Positions 45,787 through 54,575 of a DNA stretch of 64,000 nt are shown here, one piece after another. The translations under genes and the position numbers were made by a program. The notes beneath the pieces were generated by a model. That model saw only the letters and a list, made by a program, of their open reading frames with translations, did no database searches and had not been told where the DNA came from. The stretch spans positions 49,524-113,523 of the forward strand of contig CAVVZQ010000008.1 of NCBI GenBank assembly GCA_963752715.1, read 5' to 3'. Source of the stretch: an uncultured Actinomycetota bacterium. GTDB lineage: Bacteria; Actinomycetota; Actinomycetes; Mycobacteriales; CAVVZQ01. Numbering within the stretch: the first letter of the stretch is position 1; each line of letters opens with the position of its first letter.

Positions 45787-47685
45787 GTGGACCAGATTCT
45801 CCGGACACCGGACTTCGAGCGGACGCTCGCGGCCATCGCGCAGGACTCCGGCACGCCCGTCAAGCAGCTGCAGTCGGAGGCACAGGCCGACCTCGAAGAG
45901 ATGGCGGTACGGCCGGGCAAGTACACCGTGGCGGTGTGGGACCGGTTCTGCCGCTGGCTGTCCCGCGCCTACCAGGTGGACTACAACCCGGAGGACGTCG
46001 AGGGGCTCAAGCGTCTGAACCAGAGCTCGGCCCTGGTCTTCCTCCCCAACCATCGCTCCTACCTCGACCCGCTCGTGCTCCGCGCCGCGCTGGAGTCATT
46101 CGGCTTTCCCCCGAACAATGTGCTGGGGGGCGCGAACCTGAAGGTCTGGCCGATGTCGGAGCTCGGCAAGCGAAACGGCATCGTCTTCATCCGGCGGGAG
46201 TTCCGCGACGACAAGGTGTATCGCGCCGTTCTGAAGGCCTACCTCGCCTACCTCATCGCCAAGCGGGAGAACCTCGAGTGGTACATCGAGGGCGGGCGCA
46301 CCCGGACGGGCAAGCTGCGCCAGCCCCGCTACGGCGTCCTCAGCTATGTCATCGACGCCTATGCGGCCCACCCCGAGAACGATGTGACGATCATTCCCAC
46401 CTCGATCATCTACGACCAGCAACACGAGGTGGAGGCCATCTCCGCTGAGGAGATGGGCGGCACCAAGGCGCCGGAGAGCCTGAGCTGGCTCTACCGCTTC
46501 GCGATGTCACAGTCGCGACGACTCGGCCAGGCCCACATCCGGTTCGGGGAGCCACTGACGCTCAGCGATGCGGTGTCGCTGACGGTGGACGAGGAGGGCA
46601 ACCCGCGGCCGCGGCTGGCAGTGCCGAAGGTCGCCTTCGAGGTGTGCAACCGCATCAACGCGGCCACCCCCGTGACCGCGGCTTCGCTGGTCACCTATGC
46701 CCTGCTGGACAACGGCGACCGCGCGGTCACCGGCCCGGAGGGGCTGACGGTGCTCGAGCCGCTGTATGACTACATCCGCCAGCGCGGGCTGCCCACGACG
46801 GGTGAGCTGACGGTCGGACAGGGCGGGCTGCGCGCGACACTCGAGCAGCTCGTCGCCGAGAACGTCGTGACCCGCTACGACGGCGGTACGGAGACTGTGT
46901 ACTACGTCGAGCTGGCGCATCAGCACGAGGCAGCGTTCTACCGCAACACGATCATCCACTTCTTCGTCGCGCGGGCCATCACCGAGCTGGCACTTCTCCA
47001 GGCGGCCGAGGACGGTGCCGCCGATATCCCGGCGGCCACCTGGAAGAACGCGCGGCGCCTGAAGGACATCCTCAAGAACGAGTTCTCCTTCCCCACCACC
47101 CGCAAGTTCGCCGAGGACGTCGCTGCGGAGTCGACCATGGTCCACCCCGGCTGGGAGGAAGGGTCCTACACGCCCGAGTCGGTGCTCGGCGTTCTGGCCA
47201 CTCTCCCGCTTCTGCTCGCGCACCGAGTGATCGGACCGTTCCTGGAGGCCTACAGCATCCTGGCGGAAGAGCTCGCATCGCTGGATCCGGCGGAGCCGGT
47301 CGACGAGGATGCCCTGGTCGCGCGGTGCCTGGGCATCGCCCAGCAGCGCTGGCTGCAGAAGCAGCTGCGTACCGCGGAGTCCATCTCACGGGACTACTTC
47401 CGCAACGCGCTGGAGCTCGCACGCAGCGAGGGACTGCTGGAACCGGACTCGCCCGACGCAGCCGACTCAGCGGAGGCAGTCGACGCAGCGGAAACTGCCC
47501 CCACCGCCCCGCTGGCGGCGCGGCGCCAGGCGTTCGCCACCGAGCTGCGCGAGGACGTCCGGCGGGTGGACAACCTGCGCCGGATCGCGCAGTCCGCGGG
47601 CCAGCCCGGGCTCGCCGAGCGTGCCCCCGCGTCATCCCCCTTCACGGCGGCCCCCACGGGCGGAGAGGCAGCGACACATGGCTGA
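45787..47685 (+). CDS. plsB: Glycerol-3-phosphate acyltransferase, PlsB type
   Basis: FLPNHRSYLDP (H-x4-D), GIVFIRR, YIEGGRTRTGKL. Confidence 0.8.
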   Translation: MDQILRTPDFERTLAAIAQDSGTPVKQLQSEAQADLEEMAVRPGKYTVAVWDRFCRWLSRAYQVDYNPEDVEGLKRLNQSSALVFLPNHRSYLDPLVLRAALESFGFPPNNVLGGANLKVWPMSELGKRNGIVFIRREFRDDKVYRAVLKAYLAYLIAKRENLEWYIEGGRTRTGKLRQPRYGVLSYVIDAYAAHPENDVTIIPTSIIYDQQHEVEAISAEEMGGTKAPESLSWLYRFAMSQSRRLGQAHIRFGEPLTLSDAVSLTVDEEGNPRPRLAVPKVAFEVCNRINAATPVTAASLVTYALLDNGDRAVTGPEGLTVLEPLYDYIRQRGLPTTGELTVGQGGLRATLEQLVAENVVTRYDGGTETVYYVELAHQHEAAFYRNTIIHFFVARAITELALLQAAEDGAADIPAATWKNARRLKDILKNEFSFPTTRKFAEDVAAESTMVHPGWEEGSYTPESVLGVLATLPLLLAHRVIGPFLEAYSILAEELASLDPAEPVDEDALVARCLGIAQQRWLQKQLRTAESISRDYFRNALELARSEGLLEPDSPDAADSAEAVDAAETAPTAPLAARRQAFATELREDVRRVDNLRRIAQSAGQPGLAERAPASSPFTAAPTGGEAATHG

Positions 47686-49117
47686 CATCGAATGGCTTCT
47701 GGAGGAGATCGACCGCTCGCCCGAAGGCCCGCAGATCGGGGCGTTCTTCGACTTCGACGGAACGCTGATCGCCGGGTACTCAGCCGCTGCTTTCTTCACC
47801 TACCGGCTGCGCCGCGGTGACATCTCGGTGGGCGAGGTGGTCCGGACCGTGGCCGAGGGGCTGTCCGTCGAGCACCGCGGCGGGGACGTCGCGGATCTGA
47901 TGAACCTCGGCGTCAAGGGTCAGGCCGGCAAGGTTGCCGAGGAGCTGGACACCTGGGCCCGCAACGTGTTCTCCACGAAGATCGCGGGGATGATCTTTCC
48001 CGAGTCACGGACTCTGATCGACGCCCACGTCCGCAAGGGCCACTCCGTGGTGATCGCCTCGTCGGCGACTCGGCCCCAGATTCAGGCGACCGCTGATGAT
48101 CTTGGTGTCAGCGACATCATCTGCACCGAGATGGAGGTCAGCGACGACGGCCTCGTAACCGGCCGGCTAGCCAGCGACATCCGCTGGGGGGAGGGGAAGG
48201 CGGCGGGGGTACGGGAGTATGCCCAGGAGCACGACATCGACCTCGCCGCGTCCTTCGGCTACTCCAACGGCGAGGAGGACGTGCCCTTCCTCGAGGTCGT
48301 GGGGCGCCCCTGCGCGCTGAACCCCGATGACGAGCTGGAGGCGATCGCCCGCAAGCGCGACTGGCCGATCGGCAGGCTGAAGAAGCCGTCAGCCACAACT
48401 CCTGTGGACGTCGTCCGCAGCGCAGCAGCCATGGGAGTCTTCGCGGGGAGCGTGGCGACCGCGGTGAGCCTGGCGCTGGTCAACCGCAGCCGGTCGGTGG
48501 GCGCCAACGTCGCGGCCAGCGTGGGCTCCGACCTGGGTCTGGCCGCGGCCGGCGTACGGCTCAAGGTCGTGGGGGAGGACAACGTCTGGGAGCAGCGGCC
48601 TGCGGTGTTCCTCTTCAACCACCAGAGTCAGCTGGATGTCTTCGTGCTCGGCGCCCTGCTGCGCAAGGACTTCACCGGTGTGGCGAAGAAGTCCCTGGAG
48701 TACGACCCGTTCTTCGGGCCGATCGGGTACCTCGCCGATGTGGCCTACATCGACCGCAGCAACAGCGCCAAGGCCCGCCAGGGGCTCGAGCCCGCGGTCG
48801 AGGCGCTCCGGAGCGGGCGGTCGATCGCCATCTCGCCCGAGGGGACGCGCTCTCCGACCTCGCGCATCCTGCCGTTCAAGAAGGGGCCGTTCCACATCGC
48901 CATGCAGGCCGGCGTGCCGATCGTCCCGATCGTGATGCGCAACTGCGGGGAGATCATGGCACCCCACTCGTTCGTCATCCACCCCGGAACCGTGGACGTC
49001 GCGGTGCTGCCGCCGGTGTCCACCAGCGGGTGGGACAAGGAGAACCTGGACGCGAGGGTCGTCGAGGTGCGGCAGATGTACCTGGACACCATGGCTGACT
49101 GGCCGACGACCGGCTGA
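47678..49117 (+). CDS. HAD-IB hydrolase fused to a lysophospholipid acyltransferase (PlsC) domain
   Basis: ATG 47678 overlaps the plsB end. FFDFDGTL, then NHQSQLD and ISPEGTRS. Confidence 0.85.
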   Translation: MADIEWLLEEIDRSPEGPQIGAFFDFDGTLIAGYSAAAFFTYRLRRGDISVGEVVRTVAEGLSVEHRGGDVADLMNLGVKGQAGKVAEELDTWARNVFSTKIAGMIFPESRTLIDAHVRKGHSVVIASSATRPQIQATADDLGVSDIICTEMEVSDDGLVTGRLASDIRWGEGKAAGVREYAQEHDIDLAASFGYSNGEEDVPFLEVVGRPCALNPDDELEAIARKRDWPIGRLKKPSATTPVDVVRSAAAMGVFAGSVATAVSLALVNRSRSVGANVAASVGSDLGLAAAGVRLKVVGEDNVWEQRPAVFLFNHQSQLDVFVLGALLRKDFTGVAKKSLEYDPFFGPIGYLADVAYIDRSNSAKARQGLEPAVEALRSGRSIAISPEGTRSPTSRILPFKKGPFHIAMQAGVPIVPIVMRNCGEIMAPHSFVIHPGTVDVAVLPPVSTSGWDKENLDARVVEVRQMYLDTMADWPTTG

Positions 49118-49122
49118 CCCGG

Positions 49123-49151
49123 CGGACAACCGGCCAACTCCCGGTTGTCCG
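49123..49151 (+). terminator. Hairpin CGGACAACCGG-ccaactc-CCGGTTGTCCG
   Basis: Perfect 11-bp stem, 6 nt after the stop at 49117. No T-tract. Confidence 0.55.
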
Positions 49152-49248
49152 GGCCTGGGCCGTACGGGGTTCCGGTCAACGGGGCAGCGGTGCCGGCACC
49201 TGTCTCCGACCCGGCTCTTTGCCGGCGCTAGGCTTCTCAGTCTGAGAC

Positions 49249-49264
49249 GGGCTCACGTGAGCCC
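49249..49264. promoter_or_regulatory. Perfect 16-bp palindrome GGGCTCACGTGAGCCC upstream of ppk2
   Basis: Read directly, 45 nt upstream of ATG 49310. Confidence 0.4.
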
Positions 49265-49309
49265 GAATGACGGCGGGGATTCCCGCGCCGGATTCTGAAG
49301 GGTGTTGAC

Positions 49310-50155
49310 ATGGCAAAGGGCAAGAAGAAGGGCGCGAAGAAGAGCAAGAAGGAGGCGGCTGCCCAGGAGCCTGACGCGACGCCGCGGATGAAGGAGGCGG
49401 AGTACCAGAAGCACCTCAAGAAGCTGCACGGTGAGCTCGTGGCGCTGCAGGATTGGACAGTCCATACCGGTGCCAAGGTCTGCATCGTCTTCGAGGGACG
49501 TGACACGGCCGGCAAGGGCGGCGTGATCAAGGCGATCACCGAGCGGGTCAGCCCGAGGGTCTTCCGCGTGGTCGCACTGCCGGCGCCCACCGAGCGCGAG
49601 AAGTCCCAGATGTACGTGCAGCGCTACCTGCCCCACCTGCCGTCCGCCGGCGAGGTCGTCATCTGGGACCGCAGCTGGTACAACCGCGCCGGTGTGGAAC
49701 GGGTCATGGGCTTCGCCAGCCAGGACGAGGTCGATCAGTTCCTCGGGCTCGTGCCGCTCTTCGAGCAGCTCATGGTGAACTCCGGAATCCACCTGCTCAA
49801 GTACTGGCTCGAGGTGAGCGAGGAGGAGCAGACTCGGCGCCTGAAGGGACGCATCGACGACCCGCGCAAGATCTGGAAGCTCACGTCGATGGACCTGAAG
49901 TCCTACAGTCGCTGGTACGAGTACTCGCGGGCGCGCGACGCCATGTTCGAGGCCAGCGACAGCGAGTGGGCGCCGTGGCACGTGGCAGTCACCAACGACA
50001 AGAAGCGTGGCCGACTCAACATCATCAACCACATCCTGAGCGAGATTCCGTACGAGGCGCCAAAGCGGGAGAAGATCGTACTGCCGGAGCGGCAGCCGAA
50101 GGGCGACTACGAGGACCCCGGCTACCCGTACCGCTACATTCCTACGCCATTCTGA
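49310..50155 (+). CDS. ppk2: Polyphosphate kinase 2
   Basis: FEGRDTAGKGG (Walker A), WDRSWYNR, Lys-rich N-terminus. Confidence 0.9.
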   Translation: MAKGKKKGAKKSKKEAAAQEPDATPRMKEAEYQKHLKKLHGELVALQDWTVHTGAKVCIVFEGRDTAGKGGVIKAITERVSPRVFRVVALPAPTEREKSQMYVQRYLPHLPSAGEVVIWDRSWYNRAGVERVMGFASQDEVDQFLGLVPLFEQLMVNSGIHLLKYWLEVSEEEQTRRLKGRIDDPRKIWKLTSMDLKSYSRWYEYSRARDAMFEASDSEWAPWHVAVTNDKKRGRLNIINHILSEIPYEAPKREKIVLPERQPKGDYEDPGYPYRYIPTPF

Positions 50156-50182
50156 GGCGCAATACTGCGGCGCCATTCTTCC

Positions 50183-50214
50183 GGACCCCCGGACCCCCGG
50201 ACCCCCGGACCCCC
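50183..50214. repeat. (GGACCCCC)x4 perfect tandem repeat, equal to (GGGGGTCC)x4 on the minus strand
   Basis: Read directly. Intergenic, and the unit length is not a multiple of 3. Confidence 0.95.
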
Positions 50215-50385
50215 GTACCGCGAGATGGGGGTTCGGGTGCGTATTGGGGCTCATAACTCACCCGAACCCTCATCTCGCCGGCCAGCGGGCCGGAATCCCG
50301 CAATCCGCGGGCGGCCCGTGCGCGCAGGCCGCGGAGCTCCGTGGCAGGCCGGAGCATGCAGAGCCGCAGCGTGGAGACTTGGGCC

Positions 50386-51201
50386 ATGCCCATCCTCAGC
50401 AAGGACACGACGCTGTGCATCTCGCTGTCCGGACGCCCGTCGAACATCGGCACCCGGTTCCACAACTACCTGTACGAGGAGCTCGGGCTGGACTTCGTGT
50501 ACAAGGCGTTCACCACGGGCGACATCGAGGGGGCGATCCGGGGGGTACGGGCACTGGGCATCCGTGGCTGCTCGGTGTCGATGCCGTTCAAGGAGGCGGT
50601 GATCCCGCTCGTCGACGTGCTCGAGGACTCAGCGGCCGCGATCGGCGCGGTGAACACCATCGTGAACGATGACGGCCGGCTGACCGCCTCGAACACCGAC
50701 TACCAGGCAGTTGCGACCCTCATTGCGAGCTGCGACCTCGACACGGCTCGACCGGTACTCGTGCGCGGGTCCGGCGGCATGGCGAAGGCTGTCGTTGCAG
50801 CGTTTCGCAACGCCGGCTTCGCCGATCTCACGGTCCTCGCGCGTAACGAGGCGGCAGGACGGGAGCTGGCCGGCACGTACGGATACACGTGGACGACCGA
50901 GGAACCGCCCCCCGGGGCCGCGGTTCTCGTGAACGCAACTCCGCTGGGCATGAGCGGACCCGATGCCGACGCACTGTCCTTCACTGGCGCACAGGTCCGC
51001 GCGGCGGATGTCGTGTTCGACGTGGTCGCGTTCCCAGCAGACACGCCTCTGATCCGCGCTGGCCGGTCCGCGGGGAAGCGGGTCATCTCCGGTGCGCAGG
51101 TGATCGCGCTGCAGGCTGCCGGGCAGTTCGAGAGGTACACGGGGGTCAGCCCGACGGCGGACCAGGTCACCCGGGCGTCCGCGTTCGCTCGGGCCGAATA
51201 G
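50386..51201 (+). CDS. Shikimate dehydrogenase family protein
   Basis: CISLSGRPSNIGTRFHN, GCSVSMPFK, NTDYQA, VRGSGGMAKA. The internal ATG at 50386 was chosen. Confidence 0.8.
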   Translation: MPILSKDTTLCISLSGRPSNIGTRFHNYLYEELGLDFVYKAFTTGDIEGAIRGVRALGIRGCSVSMPFKEAVIPLVDVLEDSAAAIGAVNTIVNDDGRLTASNTDYQAVATLIASCDLDTARPVLVRGSGGMAKAVVAAFRNAGFADLTVLARNEAAGRELAGTYGYTWTTEEPPPGAAVLVNATPLGMSGPDADALSFTGAQVRAADVVFDVVAFPADTPLIRAGRSAGKRVISGAQVIALQAAGQFERYTGVSPTADQVTRASAFARAE

Positions 51202-51326
51202 GTACGCAGCGCGAGTAGGTGCGCCAGCGTCGGGGCTTCCGAGTGGCGCGCTGGATGGTCCGGCCCAGTCGGCCGGCTGGCCCGGCTGGCCAGGATGCTG
51301 CGGCTGGCCCGGCTGGCCCGGCGGCT

Positions 51327-51363
51327 GGGGTGGAGACGCCGCTGCCAGCGCCGCCTCCACCCC
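51327..51363. terminator. Long GC hairpin GGGGTGGAG...CTCCACCCC between convergent genes
   Basis: 9-bp outer stem plus inner pairs (CCGCTG/CAGCGG-like), flanked by CGGCTGGCC 9-mer repeats at 51274-51318. Confidence 0.5.
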
Positions 51364-51379
51364 GGCCGGACGTTCGATC

Positions 51380-51898
51380 TCAGGCGGTCGATGACTCCTG
51401 CGATGCCGTGTCGTCCGACGTCGCACCCGGACCGTGCCGCGGACCGGGGTCGCCCTTACCCATGCCGTCCTGCACCTCGATCACGCCGAGGTTCTCATCG
51501 AACTTGACTGTGACCTCGGTACCGTCGGAGGTGGTCATGTGGGCCTCGTAGACGGCGTCACCCGCATCCGTCTCGACCCGGTGCACGGTGCCGCCTGGGA
51601 CCTCCGCAAGGGCTGCTGCCTCAAGCTGCGAGGCCAGGTCGCTGCTCACCGACGTCTCGTCGCTGCGCACCGGGTCGGGTCCGTGCATCTCCGGGGGTGC
51701 GCTGACCAAGGTGTCTGTCTCGGCGGCCGAGGGCGACTCGGTCGTGGTGGCGGCGGTAGCAGACAGCGTCCCGGCGAGCAGCGCCCCACCCAGGGCGCCC
51801 GCGCCGAGGAGGCCTGCGACGGCGGTGAACCGGCCGACGCGGCTGCTGCCCCTGCCGCTGCCCCTGCCGCTGCCGCTGCCGCTGCTAGTGGTGTCCAT
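51380..51898 (-). CDS. Secreted PepSY domain protein
   Basis: AGGAG lies 9 nt before ATG 51898. Gly/Ser/Arg N-terminus plus a hydrophobic signal. EVPGGTVHRVETDAGDAVYEAHMTTSDGTEVTVKFDENLGV. Confidence 0.75.
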   Translation of the reverse strand: MDTTSSGSGSGRGSGRGSSRVGRFTAVAGLLGAGALGGALLAGTLSATAATTTESPSAAETDTLVSAPPEMHGPDPVRSDETSVSSDLASQLEAAALAEVPGGTVHRVETDAGDAVYEAHMTTSDGTEVTVKFDENLGVIEVQDGMGKGDPGPRHGPGATSDDTASQESSTA

Positions 51899-52116
51899 CG
51901 GGGGAGCTCCTTCCGATCTGTGGTCGCCCGCTGCGACCGACACCCCTACGGTCGCGGCGTCGGGTAAGGGAACGGTTAGGCCCACCTGTGACGCACCTGG
52001 GAAAATGCTGGGGACTCGAGGTCATGAGCGGTGCCGCGTGGAGCGTAGGTGTCCTGTCCGGCGCCGCCTGCTGGGACTACCGTGGTCAGGGCAGGGCGAT
52101 GCCCGAGAGGTGACGC

Positions 52117-53466
52117 ATGGCGAGTGTCGAGGACGGCCCCCACACCGACCCAGATCCGCAGGAAGCTGGCCCGGCGAACCCAGATCCGCAGGAAGCTGGC
52201 CAGGCGGAGGTCCATCCGCCCACAGCCCGCGATGATGCTGTCGCGGCCGGAGACCTTGCCGCTGACGCCCTTTCCGACACCACGAACGTGATCCACCGCA
52301 TGCACAAGAGCATCTCCTCGCGCGTGTTCGACGCCATCGGCTCAGATGCCGAGCCCACGCGTGCCATCCACGACGCGATTGCCGACGGGGTGTACGAGGC
52401 GGTGAGCCGGACTCAGTCGATCGTGCCCCGGGTGGCGGCGGCGATGGCTGCGGAGGCGATCAACGAGGAGACTCCGTCGGTGACAACGACGCCCCAGGGG
52501 CAGGCTGTCGTGGCTGTTGCGAACGGTCTCGCGGGCGACTCCCTCGTGGGCCGTCATCCAGCGCTGACGCCGGAGATGACCGTACGGGCCGGAGGCCGGG
52601 TGGTCCCGCTCACGGACGCGGCCGTCGCGGAGGCATACGCGGGGGCATCGAGTCGGGTCGCAGTCTTCGTACACGGCTGGTCGGTGACCGAGAGCTGCTG
52701 GTCGTGGCGCCCGCGGGCCCAGGCGAACGAGCTGCCGGATCCGGACACGCTGCTCGACTACGGAGCGCGACTGCGCCGCGACCTCGGGTACACGCCGGTG
52801 TACGTGCGATACAACACCGGGCTCCACATCTCGGAGAACGGGCGACTGCTCACCGACCTGCTCGAGACCCTCGTGGGGCTGTGGCCGAGCGAGGTGGAGA
52901 CCGTGGCGCTGGTGGGCTACTCCATGGGCGGGCTGGTGGCGCGAAGCGCCTGCCACTACGCGGCGGAGTCCGACCACAGCTGGCTGCAGAGGGTCGGTTC
53001 GGTCGTCTGTCTCGGCACGCCGCACCTGGGTGCGCCGCTGGAGAAGGGTGCCCACGTACTTGGGTGGGTGCTGGGGCAGTTCCCGGAGACCGAAGCCCTG
53101 GGGGGAGTGGTCAACAGCCGCAGCTCGGGTATCAAGGACCTCCGGTTCGGCGCGGTTACCAGCGATCACTGGTCGGTGCACGACGCGGAGGAGCTCCTGG
53201 TGGACCGCGTCGCCGGGTCGGGAGCCACCGGCACCCAGGAGGTCTACCTGCTCAGCGCGCGACTTGCCGCGGAGGACAGCCCGGCCGCCGCGGCGCTCGG
53301 AGACCTGCTGGTCCCGGTGTCGAGTGCGAGTGGGCAGGGGTCGCAGCGGAGCGTCCCGGTGGTGCCCGACGGCCTGGTCCGCATCTCGGGCGTCTCGCAT
53401 CTGGGACTGCTGAACAACCCTGAGGTCTACGCCGCGCTGCGGACCTGGCTGACGCCGCCGCAGTGA
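52117..53466 (+). CDS. Alpha/beta hydrolase (PGAP1/lipase-like) with a long N-terminal extension
   Basis: Nucleophile elbow GYSMGG and VFVHGW. The N-terminus contains a 30-nt tandem duplication. Confidence 0.8.
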   Translation: MASVEDGPHTDPDPQEAGPANPDPQEAGQAEVHPPTARDDAVAAGDLAADALSDTTNVIHRMHKSISSRVFDAIGSDAEPTRAIHDAIADGVYEAVSRTQSIVPRVAAAMAAEAINEETPSVTTTPQGQAVVAVANGLAGDSLVGRHPALTPEMTVRAGGRVVPLTDAAVAEAYAGASSRVAVFVHGWSVTESCWSWRPRAQANELPDPDTLLDYGARLRRDLGYTPVYVRYNTGLHISENGRLLTDLLETLVGLWPSEVETVALVGYSMGGLVARSACHYAAESDHSWLQRVGSVVCLGTPHLGAPLEKGAHVLGWVLGQFPETEALGGVVNSRSSGIKDLRFGAVTSDHWSVHDAEELLVDRVAGSGATGTQEVYLLSARLAAEDSPAAAALGDLLVPVSSASGQGSQRSVPVVPDGLVRISGVSHLGLLNNPEVYAALRTWLTPPQ

Positions 53467-53473
53467 GGGCGGA

Positions 53474-53665
53474 CTACCACTGCCAGCCGAGCAGGTTCCA
53501 GTACCAGGCCCACCAGGCCCACCAGGCCCACAGGCCCACAGGCCCCCAGGCGAGCAGCGGCGCCGCCAGCGCCAACAGCGAGTAGAAGAGTCGGCCACCG
53601 ACGCTGAGCCAGCCCTGGGCCCACGCCACCGCGGCGGTGGGGACCATCGCCAGTCCGCCCAGCAC
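53474..53665 (-). CDS. Trp-rich small hydrophobic protein (63 aa)
   Basis: GC3 is near saturation by hand count of the codons. The C-terminus LWAWWAWWAWYWNLLGWQW is encoded by CCAGGCCCA-type repeats. Confidence 0.45.
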   Translation of the reverse strand: MLGGLAMVPTAAVAWAQGWLSVGGRLFYSLLALAAPLLAWGPVGLWAWWAWWAWYWNLLGWQW

Positions 53666-53798
53666 CCCTGCTCCGACGCGGTATGGGGCTGGCCTCCCAA
53701 CCAGGACTCTGGCTGCCTGCAGTGCCGACCTGTGACGGTGCCCGCTTGCTCACCGGCGCGCACTGGGCGACCGAGGGCGGAACGGTCGAGGCCGTCTC

Positions 53799-53846
53799 GG
53801 GACCTTCGGCCCTGTTCGCCTGTGTCCGGGGGCGGGACTCTCAGGG
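53799..53846 (+). promoter_or_regulatory. Conserved leader element, copy 1 (GGGACCTTCGGCCCTGTTC ... GGGGCGGGACTCTCAGGG)
   Basis: The 19-mer is identical to 58291-58309, and the second block is similar to 58321-58338. Confidence 0.5.
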
Positions 53847-53966
53847 TGAGTAAGGGGAAGGGGTCGCCTATGGGTAGGCGAAATGGAGTGGAAGGGCTGT
53901 CGCGGGGTAGGTACGGGCGTGCGGAGTTCTCTCCAAGTCAGTGCGTCAAGCAGGAAGGTGAGTGTG

Positions 53967-54422
53967 ATGGCAAAGTTGATACGCAGCATTGAGATCGACG
54001 CCCCTGTGGAGCAGGTGTTCGACTTCGCGTTGGATGTCGGGAAGCTATGGGGTTCGTGGCCCGAAGAGGCCGTGGTGGCAGAAGTCAAGCAGACGCCAGA
54101 CGGTGTCGGTTCGACTGCCACTCTGTGGACCCACTTCCTGGCCATCCACATGGAAGGGACCGTCGAGTACACCGAGGTCGTCCCGAACGAGCGCATCGTG
54201 GCCCACGTGCACTTCGTCGCTGAGAAGCCGACGTGGGTGTTCACGTTCGAGCCGGTGGACGGCGGCACGAAGCTGACGGCTGAGGGCGAGTGGCACGTGA
54301 GCGTGCCAGCGGTTGGCAAGTCCCTCGAGGGGATGCTCGCCAAGGAGCACGAGACTCCTATCGAGCAGTTGCTCGCGAGGGTCAAGGCCCGCGTCGAAGG
54401 TGAGGCAGCTGCGGCCGCGTGA
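53967..54422 (+). CDS. SRPBCC (START/Bet v1-like) family protein, paralogue 1
   Basis: MAKLIRSIEIDAPVEQVFDF...VPNERIV. Internal ATG 53967 after GGAAGGTGAG. Confidence 0.8.
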   Translation: MAKLIRSIEIDAPVEQVFDFALDVGKLWGSWPEEAVVAEVKQTPDGVGSTATLWTHFLAIHMEGTVEYTEVVPNERIVAHVHFVAEKPTWVFTFEPVDGGTKLTAEGEWHVSVPAVGKSLEGMLAKEHETPIEQLLARVKARVEGEAAAAA

Positions 54423-54575
54423 GCAGACCGAAGGAGGTGCTGATTCGCCTCGTGACATCCCCGTCGCCCGTCGACGGGGATGCTCCGGTCCAGGGGGATA
54501 CCGACAAGGAAGACCTGTGGGAGCCGATGGCCTGCCCCGCGCATCGTCCCCTAGTGCTGCCGGGGTATCGACCCC

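Noticed and set aside
51274-51318. CGGCTGGCC 9-mer repeats (2+2 copies), possibly coding PGQPGQ on the minus strand
   Set aside because: They lie after the PepSY stop and before the convergent gene's stop. No ORF with a start includes them sensibly, so they are treated as intergenic repeats flanking the terminator hairpin.
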